From positions 1,736,001-1,800,000 of the forward strand of contig CAXHJY010000096.1 in assembly GCA_964016885.1 (NCBI GenBank): a DNA stretch of 64,000 bases, read 5' to 3'. Below, one piece after another: positions 50,501 to 61,235 of the stretch (position 1 is its first letter; every line of letters begins with the position of its first letter). A model generated the notes under the pieces. It was not told the DNA's origin. It was given only the letters and a program-made list of their open reading frames with translations, and searched no databases. The DNA comes from Eledone cirrhosa (Eukaryota). The position numbers were made by a program, and so were the translations under genes.

Positions 50501-53500
50501 ATAATTTCCAGCCGTCCAAGGGGAGGTAATTTCCAGCCGTCCAAGGGGAGATAATTTTAAAAAAAAAATCAGGCGGAGATAATTTGTAAAAAAAATCAAG
50601 GGGAGATAATTTGCAGCCGTCCAAGGGGAGATAATTTTCAGTCGTCCAAGGAGAGGTAATTTCTAGCCGTCCAAGGGGAGATAATTTCCAGCCGTCCAAG
50701 GGGAGATAATTTCCAGCCGTCCAAGGGGAGATAATTTTTTTTAAAAAATCAGGCGGAGATAATTTGTAAAAAAAATCAGGGGGAGATAATTTGTAAACAA
50801 AATCAGGGGGAGATAATTTGTAAAAAAAAATCAGGGGGAGATAATTTGTAAAAAAAATTAGGCGTAGATAATTTGTAAAAAAAAATCAGGGGGAGATAAT
50901 TTGTAAAAAAAAATCAGGGGGAGATAATTTGTTTAAAAAATCAAGGGGAGATAATTTGCAGCCGTCCAAGGGGAGATAATTTTCAGCCGTCCAAGGAGAG
51001 GTAATTTCTAGCCGTTCAAGGGGAGATAATTTCCAGCCGTCCAAGGGGAGATAATTTCCAGCCGTCCAAGGGGAGATAATTTTTTTTTAAAAATCAGGCG
51101 GAGATAATTTGTAAAAAAAAATCAGGGGGAGATAATTCGTAAAAAAAAATCAGGGGGAGATAATTTGTAAAAAAAAATCAGGGGGAGATAATTTGTAAAA
51201 AAAATCAAGGGGAGATAATTTCCAGCCGTCCAAGGGGAGGTAATATCTAGCCGTCCAAGGGGAGATAATTTCCAGCCGTCCAAGGGGAGATAATTTCCAG
51301 CCGTCCAAGGGGAGATAATTTCCAGCCGTCCAAGGAGACATATTTTCCAGCCGTCCAAGGCGAGGTAATTTCTAGCCGTCCAAGGGGAGATAAATTCCAG
51401 CCTCCAAGGGGAGATAATTTCCAGCCAGCCAAGGGGAGATAATTTGTAAAAAAATCAGGGGGAGATAATTTGTAAAAAATATCAGGGAGATAATTTGTAA
51501 AAAAAAATCAGGGGGAGATAATTTGTAAAAAAAATCAGGGGGAGATAATTTGTAAAAAAAAATCAGGGGGAGATAATTTGTAAAAAAAATCAAGGGGAGA
51601 TAATTTCCAGCCGTCCAAGGGGAGATAATTTTCAGCCGTCCAAAGAGAGGTAATTTCTAACCGTCCGAGGAGAGATAATTTCCAGCCGTCCAAGGGGAGA
51701 TAATTTCCAGCCGTCCAAGGGGAGATAATTTCCAGCCGTCCAAGGAGACATATTTTCCAGCCGTCCAAGGAGAGGTAATTTCTAGCCGTCCAAGGGGAGA
51801 TAAATTCCAGCCTCCAAGGGGAGATAATTTCCAGCCAGCCAAATGGAGATAATTTGTAAAAAAATCAGGGGGAGATAATTTGCAAAAAAAATCAGGGGGA
51901 GATAATTTGTAAAAAATAATCAGGGGGAGATAATTTCCAGCCGTCCAAGGGGAGATAATTTTAAAAAAAATCAGGCGGAGATAATTTGTAAAAAAAAATC
52001 AGGGGGAGATAATTTGTAAAAAAAAATCAGGGGGAGATAATTTGTAAAAAAAATCAAGGGGAGATAATTTCCAGCCGTCCAAGGGAAGATAATTTCCAGC
52101 CCTCCAAGGGGCTATAATTTCCAGTGTCCAAGGGGAGATAATTTCCAGCCAGCGAAGGGGAGATAATTTTTTTTAAAAAATCATTGGGAGATTTGTAAAA
52201 AAAATCAGGGGGAGATAATTTGTAAAAAAAATCAAGGGGAGATAATTTCCAGCCGTCCAAGGGGAGGTAATATCTAGCCGTCCAAGGGGAGATAATTTCC
52301 AGCCGTCCAAGGGGAGATAATTTCCAGCCGTCCCAGGGTAGATAATATCCAGCCGCCCAAGGACATATTTTCCAGCCATCCAAGGAGAGGTAATTTCTAG
52401 CCGTCCAAGGGGAGATAAATTCCAGCCTCCAAGGGGAGATAATTTCCAGCCAGCCAAGGGGAGATAATTTGTAAAAAAATCAGGGGGAGATAATTTGTAA
52501 AAAAAATCAGGGGGAGATAATTTGTAAAAAAAAATCAGGGGGAGATAATTTGTAAAAAAAAATCAGGGGGAGATAATTTGCAAAAAAAATCAGGGGGAGA
52601 TAATTTATAAAAAAAAATCAGGGGTAGATAATTTGTAAAAAAAAATCAGGGGGAGATAATTTGTAAAAAAAAATCAGGGGGAGATAATTTGTAAAAAAAA
52701 TCAAGGGGAGATAATTTCCAGCCGTCCAAGGAGAGATAATTTTAAAAAAAATCAGGCGGAGATAATTTGTAAAAAAAAATCAGGGGGAGATAATTTGTAA
52801 AAAAAATCAGGGGGAGATAATTTGTAAAAAAAAATCAGGGGTAGATAATTTGTAAAAAAAATCAGGGGGAGATAATTTGTAAAAAAAAATCAGGGGGAGA
52901 TAATTTGTAAAAAAAATCAAGGGGAGATAATTTCCAGCCGTCCAAGGAGAGATAATTTTAAAAAAAATCAGGCGGAGATAATTTGTAAAAAAAAATTAGG
53001 GGGAGATAATTTGTAAAAAAAAATCAGGGGGAGATAATTTGTAAAAAAAATCAAGGGGAGATAATTTCCAGCCGTCCAAGGGGAGATAATTTTTAGCCGT
53101 CCAAGGGGAGATAATTTCCCGCCAGCCAAGGGAAGATAATATTCAAAAAAATCAGGCGGAGATAATTTGTAAAAAAAATCAGGGGGAGATAATTTGTAAA
53201 AAAATCAGGGGGAGATAATTTGTAAAAAAAAAAATCAGGGGGAGATAATTTGTAAAAAAAATCAGGGGGAGATAATTTGTAAAAAAAAATCAGGGGTAGA
53301 TAATTTGTAAAAAAAAATCAGGGGGAGATAATTTGTAAAAAAAAATCAGGGGGAGATAATTTGTAAAAAAAATGAAAGGGGAGATAATATCCAGCCGTCC
53401 AAGGGGAGATAATTTCCAGCCGTCCAAGGGGAGATAATTTCCAGCCGTCCAAGGGGAGATAATTTCCATCCTTCCAAGGGGATATAATTTCCAGCCGTCC

Positions 53501-56500
53501 AAGGGGAGATAATTTCCATCCTTCCAAGGGGATATAATTTCCAGCCGTCCAAGGGGAGATAATTTTCAGCCGTCCAAGGAGAGGTAATTTCTAGCCGTCC
53601 AAGGAGAGATAATTTCCAGCCGTCCAAGGGGAGATAATTTCCAGCCGTCCAAGGGGAGATAATTTCCAGCCGTCCAAGGAGACATATTTTCCAGCCGTCC
53701 AAGGAGAGGTAATTCCTAGCCGTCCAAGGGGAGATAAATTCCAGCCTCCAAGGGGAGATAATTTCCAGCCAGCCAAGGGGAGATAATTTGTAAATAAAAT
53801 CAGGGGGAGATAATTTGTAAAAAAAATCAGGGGGAGATAATTTGTAAAAAAAAATCAGGGGGAGATAATTTGTAAAAAATAATCAGGGGGAGATAATTTG
53901 TAAAAAAAATCAAGGGGAGATAATTTCCAGCCGTCCAAGGGGAGATAATTTTCAGCCGTCCAAGGGGAGATAATTTCCCGCCAGCCAAGGGAAGATAATA
54001 TTTAAAAAAATTAGGCGGAGATAATTTGTAAAAAAAATCAGGGGGAGATAATTTGTAAAAAAATCAGGGGGAGATAATTTGTAAAAAAAATCAGGGGGAG
54101 ATAATTTGTAAAAAAAATCAGGGGGAGATAATTTGTAAAAAAAAATCAGGGGGAGATAATTTGTAAAAAAAATCAAGGGGAGATAATTTCCAGCCGTCCA
54201 AGGGAAGATAATTTCCAGCCCTCCAAGGGGCTATAATTTCCAGCGTCCAATGGGAGATAATTTCCAGCCAGCGAAGGGGAGATAATTTTTTTTAAAAAAT
54301 CATTGGGAGATTTGTAAAAAAAATCAGGGGGAGATAATTTGTAAAAAAAATCAAGGGGAGATAATTTCCAGCCGTCCAAGGGGAGGTAATATCTAGCCGT
54401 CCAAGGGGAGATAATTTCCAGCCGTCCAAGGGGAGATAATTTCCAGCCGTCCAAGGGTAGATAATATCCAGCCGTCCAAGGACATATTTTCCAGCCGTCC
54501 AAGGAGAGGTAATTTCTAGCCGTCCAAGGGGAGATAAATTCCAGCCTCCAAGGTGAGATAATTTCCAGCCAGCCAAGGGGAGATAATTTGTAAAAAAATC
54601 AGGGGGAGATAATTTGTAAAAAAAATCAGGGGGAGATAATTTGTAAAAAAAAATCAGGGGGAGATAATTTGTAAAAAAAAATCAGGGGGAGATAATTTGT
54701 AAAAAAAAATCAGGGGGAGATAATTTGTAAAAAAATCAAGGGGAGATAATTTCCAGCCGTCCAAGGGGAGATAATTTTCAGCCGTCCAAGGGGAGATAAT
54801 TTCCCGCCAGCCAAGGGAAGATAATATTTGAAAAAATCAGGCGGAGATAATTTGTAAAAAAAATCAGGGGGAGATAATTTGTAAAAAAATCAGGGGGAGA
54901 TAATTTGTAAAAAAAAAATCAGGGGGAGATAATTTGTAAAAAGAATCAGGGGGAGATAATTTGTAAAAAAAAATCAGGGGTAGATAAATTGTAAAAAAAA
55001 ATCAGGGGGAGATAATTTGTAAAAAAAATCAGGGGGAGATAATTTGTAAAAAAAATGAAAGGGGAGATAATATCCAGCCGTCCAAGGGGAGATAATTTCC
55101 AGCCGTCCAAGGGGAGATAATTTCCAGCCGTCCAAGGGGAGATAATTTCCATCCTTCCAAGGGGATATAATTTCCAGCCGTCCAAGGGGAGATAATTTCC
55201 CGCCAGCCAAGGGAAGATAATTTTTAAAAAAATCAGGCGGAGATTGTAAAAAAAATCAGGGGGGAGATAATTTGTAAAAAAATCAGGGGGAGATAATTTG
55301 TAAAAAAAAATCAGGGGGAGATAATTTGTAAAAAATAATCAGGGGGAGATAATTTGTAAAAAAAAATCAAGGGGAGATAATTTCCAGCCGTCCAAGGGGA
55401 GATAATTTCCCGCCAGCCAAGGGAAGATAATATTTAAAAAAATTAGGCGGAGATAATTTGTAAAAAATAATCAGGGGGAGATAATTTGTAAAAAAAAATC
55501 AAGGGGAGATAATTTCCAGCCGTCCAAGGGGAGATAATTTTCAGCCGTCCAAGGAGAGGTAATTTCTAGCCGTCCAAGGGGAGATAATTTCCAGCCGTCC
55601 AAGGGGAGGTAATTTCCAGCCGTCCAAGGGGAGATAATTTAAAAAAAAAAATCAGGCGGAGATAATTTGTAAAAAAAATCAAGGGGAGATAATTTGCAGC
55701 CGTCCAAGGGGAGATAATTTTCAGTCGTCCAAGGAGAGGTAATTTCTAGCCGTCCAAGGGGAGATAATTGCCAGCCGTCCAAGGGGAGATAATTTCCAGC
55801 CGTCCAAGGGGAGATAATTTTTTTTAAAAAATCAGGCGGAGATAATTTGTAAAAAAAATCAGGGGGAGATAATTTGTAAACAAAATCAGGGGGAGATAAT
55901 TTGTAAAAAAAAATCAGGGGGAGATAATTTGTAAAAAAAATCATGGAGAGATAATTTCCAGCCGTCCAAGGTGAGATAATTTCCAGCCGTCCAAGGAGAC
56001 ATATTTTCCAGCCGTCCAAGGCGAGGTAATTTCTAGCCGTCCAAGGGGAGATAAATTCCAGCCTCCAAGGGGAGATAATTTCCAGCTAGCCAAGTGGAGA
56101 TAATTTGTAAAAAAATCAGGGGGAGATAATTTGTAAAAAATATCAGGGAGATAATTTGTAAAAAAAAATCAGGGGGAGATAATTTGTAAAAAAAATCAGG
56201 GGGAGATAATTTGTAAAAAAAAATCAGGGGGAGATAATTTGTAAAAAAAATCAAGGGGAGATAATTTCCAGCCGTCCAAGGGGAGATAATTTTCAGCCGT
56301 CCAAGGGGAGATAATTTCCCGCCAGCCAAGGGAAGATAATATTTAAAAAAATCAGGCGGAGATAATTTGTAAAAAAAATCAGGGGGAGATAATTTGTAAA
56401 AAAATCAGGGGGAGATAATTTGTAAAAAAAAAATCAGGGGGAGATAATTTGTAAAAAAAATCAGGGGGAGATAATTTGTAAAAAAAAATCAGGGATAGAT

Positions 56501-57310
56501 AATTTGTAAACAAAAATCAGGGGGAGATAATTTGTAAAAAAAAATCAGGGGGAGATAATTTGTAAAAAAAATGAAAGGGGAGATAATATCCAGCCGTCCA
56601 AGGGGAGATAATTTCCAGCCGTCCAAGGGGATATAATTTCCAGCCGTCCAAGGGGAGATAATTTCCATCCTTCCAAGGGGATATAATTTCCAGCCGTCCA
56701 AGGGGAGATAATTTCCCGCCAGCCAAGGGAAGATAATTTTTAAAAAAATCAGGCGGAGATTGTAAAAAAAATCAGGGGGGAGATAATTTGTAAAAAAATC
56801 AGGGGGAGATAATTTGTAAAAAATAATCAGGGGGAGATAATTTGTAAAAAAATTCAAGGGGAGATAATTTCCAGCCGTCCAAGGGGAGATAATTTCCCGC
56901 CAGCCAAGGGAAGATAATATTTAAAAAAATTAGGCGGAGATAATTTGTAAAAAAAATCAGGTGGAGATAATTTGTAAAAAAATCAGGGGGAGATAATTTG
57001 TAAAAAAAATCAGGGGGAGATAATTTGTAAAAAAAATCATGGGGAGATAATTTGTAAAAAAAAATCAGGAGTAGATAATTTGTAAAAAAAAATCAGGGGG
57101 AGATAATTTGTAAAAAAAAATCAGGGGGAGATAATTTGTAAAAAAAATCAAGGGGAGATAATATCCAGCCGTCCAAGGAGAGATAATTTTAAAAAAAATG
57201 AGGCGGAGATAATTTGTAAAAAAAAAATCAGGGGGAGTTAATTTGTAAAAAAAAATGAGGGGGAGATAATTTGTAAAAAAAATCAAGGGGAGATAATTTC
57301 CAGCCGTCCA
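43552..57310 (+). repeat. Long-range copy of window positions 1 to about 13590 (offset 43551, then 43718)
   Basis: 376/43927, 2641/46192, 4479/48030, 6648/50199 and 8503/52054 are all 43551 apart. 9572/53290, 11228/54946 and 13347/57065 are all 43718 apart. Confidence 0.93.
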
Positions 57311-60300
57311 AGGGGAGATAATTTTCAGCCGTCCAAGGAGAGGTAATTTCTAGCCGTCCAAGGGGAGATAATTTCCAGCCGTCCAAGGGGAGGTAATTTC
57401 CAGCCGTCCAAGGGGAGATAATTTTAAAAAAAAAATCAGGCGGAGATAATTTGTAAAAAAAATCAAGTGGAGATAATTTGCAGCCGTCCAAGGGGAGATA
57501 ATTTTCAGTCGTCCAAGGAGAGGTAATTTCTAGCCGTCCAAGGGGAGATAATTTCCAGCCGTCCAAGGGGAGATAATTTCCAGCCGTCCAAGGGGAGATA
57601 ATTTTTTTTAAAAAATCAGGCGGAGATAATTTGTAAAAAAAATCAGGGGGAGATAATTTGTAAACAAAATCAGGGGGAGATAATTTGTAAAAAAAAATCA
57701 GGGGGAGATAATTTGTAAAAAAAATTAGGCGTAGATAATTTGTAAAAAAAAATCAGGGGGAGATAATTTGTAAAAAAAAATCAGGGGGAGATAATTTGTT
57801 TAAAAAATCAAGGGGAGATAATTTGCAGCCGTCCAAGGGGAGATAATTTTCAGCCGTCCAAGGAGAGGTAATTTCTAGCCGTTCAAGGGGAGATAATTTC
57901 CAGCCGTCCAAGGGGAGATAATTTCCAGCCGTCCAAGGGGAGATAATTTTTTTTAAAAAATCAGGCGGAGATAATTTGTAAAAAAAAATCAGGGGGAGAT
58001 AATTTGTAAAAAAAAATCAGGGGGAGATAATTTGTAAAAAAATCAAGGGGAGATAATTTCCAGCCGTCCAAGGGGAGATAATTTTCAGCCGTCCAAGGGG
58101 AGATAATTTCCCGCCAGCCAAGGGAAGATAATATTTGAAAAAATCAGGCGGAGATAATTTGTAAAAAAAATCAGGGGGAGATAATTTGTAAAAAAATCAG
58201 GGGGAGATAATTTGTAAAAAAAAAATCAGGGGGAGATAATTTGTAAAAAGAATCAGGGGGAGATAATTTGTAAAAAAAAATCAGGGGTAGATAAATTGTA
58301 AAAAAAAATCAGGGGGAGATAATTTGTAAAAAAAATCAGGGGGAGATAATTTGTAAAAAAAATGAAAGGGGAGATAATATCCAGCCGTCCAAGGGGAGAT
58401 AATTTCCAGCCGTCCAAGGGGAGATAATTTCCAGCCGTCCAAGGGGAGATAATTTCCATCCTTCCAAGGGGATATAATTTCCAGCCGTCCAAGGGGAGAT
58501 AATTTCCCGCCAGCCAAGGGAAGATAATTTTTAAAAAAATCAGGCGGAGATTGTAAAAAAAATCAGGGGGGAGATAATTTGTAAAAAAATCAGGGGGAGA
58601 TAATTTGTAAAAAAAAATCAGGGGGAGATAATTTGTAAAAAATAATCAGGGGGAGATAATTTGTAAAAAAAAATCAAGGGGAGATAATTTCCAGCCGTCC
58701 AAGGGGAGATAATTTCCCGCCAGCCAAGGGAAGATAATATTTAAAAAAATTAGGCGGAGATAATTTGTAAAAAATAATCAGGGGGAGATAATTTGTAAAA
58801 AAAAATCAAGGGGAGATAATTTCCAGCCGTCCAAGGGGAGGTAATTTCCAGCCGTCCAAGGGGAGATAATTTAAAAAAAAAAATCAGGCGGAGATAATTT
58901 GTAAAAAAAATCAAGGGGAGATAATTTGCAGCCGTCCAAGGGGAGATAATTTTCAGTCGTCCAAGGAGAGGTAATTTCTAGCCGTCCAAGGGGAGATAAT
59001 TGCCAGCCGTCCAAGGGGAGATAATTTCCAGCCGTCCAAGGGGAGATAATTTTTTTTAAAAAATCAGGCGGAGATAATTTGTAAAAAAAATCAGGGGGAG
59101 ATAATTTGTAAACAAAATCAGGGGGAGATAATTTGTAAAAAAAAATCAGGGGGAGATAATTTGTAAAAAAAATCATGGAGAGATAATTTCCAGCCGTCCA
59201 AGGTGAGATAATTTCCAGCCGTCCAAGGAGACATATTTTCCAGCCGTCCAAGGCGAGGTAATTTCTAGCCGTCCAAGGGGAGATAAATTCCAGCCTCCAA
59301 GGGGAGATAATTTCCAGCTAGCCAAGTGGAGATAATTTGTAAAAAAATCAGGGGGAGATAATTTGTAAAAAATATCAGGGAGATAATTTGTAAAAAAAAA
59401 TCAGGGGGAGATAATTTGTAAAAAAAATCAGGGGGAGATAATTTGTAAAAAAAAATCAGGGGGAGATAATTTGTAAAAAAAATCAAGGGGAGATAATTTC
59501 CAGCCGTCCAAGGGGAGATAATTTTCAGCCGTCCAAGGGGAGATAATTTCCCGCCAGCCAAGGGAAGATAATATTTAAAAAAATCAGGCGGAGATAATTT
59601 GTAAAAAAAATCAGGGGGAGATAATTTGTAAAAAAATCAGGGGGAGATAATTTGTAAAAAAAAAATCAGGGGGAGATAATTTGTAAAAAAAATCAGGGGG
59701 AGATAATTTGTAAAAAAAAATCAGGGATAGATAATTTGTAAACAAAAATCAGGGGGAGATAATTTGTAAAAAAAAATCAGGGGGAGATAATTTGTAAAAA
59801 AAATGAAAGGGGAGATAATATCCAGCCGTCCAAGGGGAGATAATTTCCAGCCGTCCAAGGGGATATAATTTCCAGCCGTCCAAGGGGAGATAATTTCCAT
59901 CCTTCCAAGGGGATATAATTTCCAGCCGTCCAAGGGGAGATAATTTCCCGCCAGCCAAGGGAAGATAATTTTTAAAAAAATCAGGCGGAGATTGTAAAAA
60001 AAATCAGGGGGGAGATAATTTGTAAAAAAATCAGGGGGAGATAATTTGTAAAAAATAATCAGGGGGAGATAATTTGTAAAAAAATTCAAGGGGAGATAAT
60101 TTCCAGCCGTCCAAGGGGAGATAATTTCCCGCCAGCCAAGGGAAGATAATATTTAAAAAAATTAGGCGGAGATAATTTGTAAAAAAAATCAGGTGGAGAT
60201 AATTTGTAAAAAAATCAGGGGGAGATAATTTGTAAAAAAAATCAGGGGGAGATAATTTGTAAAAAAAATCATGGGGAGATAATTTGTAAAAAAAAATCAG

Positions 60301-61235
60301 GAGTAGATAATTTGTAAAAAAAAATCAGGGGGAGATAATTTGTAAAAAAAAATCAGGGGGAGATAATTTGTAAAAAAAATCAAGGGGAGATAATATCCAG
60401 CCGTCCAAGGAGAGATAATTTTAAAAAAAATGAGGCGGAGATAATTTGTAAAAAAAAAATCAGGGGGAGTTAATTTGTAAAAAAAAATGAGGGGGAGATA
60501 ATTTGTAAAAAAAATCAAGGGGAGATAATTTCCAGCCGTCCAAGGGGAGATAATTTTCAGCCGTCCAAGGAGAGGTAATTTCTAGCCGTCCAAGGGGAGA
60601 TAATTTCCAGCCGTCCAAGGGGAGGTAATTTCCAGCCGTCCAAGGGGAGATAATTTTAAAAAAAAAATCAGGCGGAGATAATTTGTAAAAAAAATCAAGT
60701 GGAGATAATTTGCAGCCGTCCAAGGGGAGATAATTTTCAGTCGTCCAAGGAGAGGTAATTTCTAGCCGTCCAAGGGGAGATAATTTCCAGCCGTCCAAGG
60801 GGAGATAATTTCCAGCCGTCCAAGGGGAGATAATTTTTTTTAAAAAATCAGGCGGAGATAATTTGTAAAAAAAATCAGGGGGAGATAATTTGTAAACAAA
60901 ATCAGGGGGAGATAATTTGTAAAAAAAAATCAGGGGGAGATAATTTGTAAAAAAAATTAGGCGTAGATAATTTGTAAAAAAAAATCAGGGGGAGATAATT
61001 TGTAAAAAAAAATCAGGGGGAGATAATTTGTTTAAAAAATCAAGGGGAGATAATTTGCAGCCGTCCAAGGGGAGATAATTTTCAGCCGTCCAAGGAGAGG
61101 TAATTTCTAGCCGTTCAAGGGGAGATAATTTCCAGCCGTCCAAGGGGAGATAATTTCCAGCCGTCCAAGGGGAGATAATTTTTTTTAAAAAATCAGGCGG
61201 AGATAATTTGTAAAAAAAAATCAGGGGGAGATAAT
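54660..61235 (+). repeat. About 3.3-kb tandem duplication (about 54660-57966 and 57967-61235)
   Basis: Offset 3307 (54946/58253), then 3232 (55639/58871, 56489/59721, 57228/60460) after a 75-bp difference equal to three A monomers. Confidence 0.9.

Noticed and set aside
52471-52717. 167-bp (six B monomers) indel as evidence for a nucleosome-length unit
   Set aside because: It is a single event, and the other indels (28, 75, 744 bp) show no such preference.
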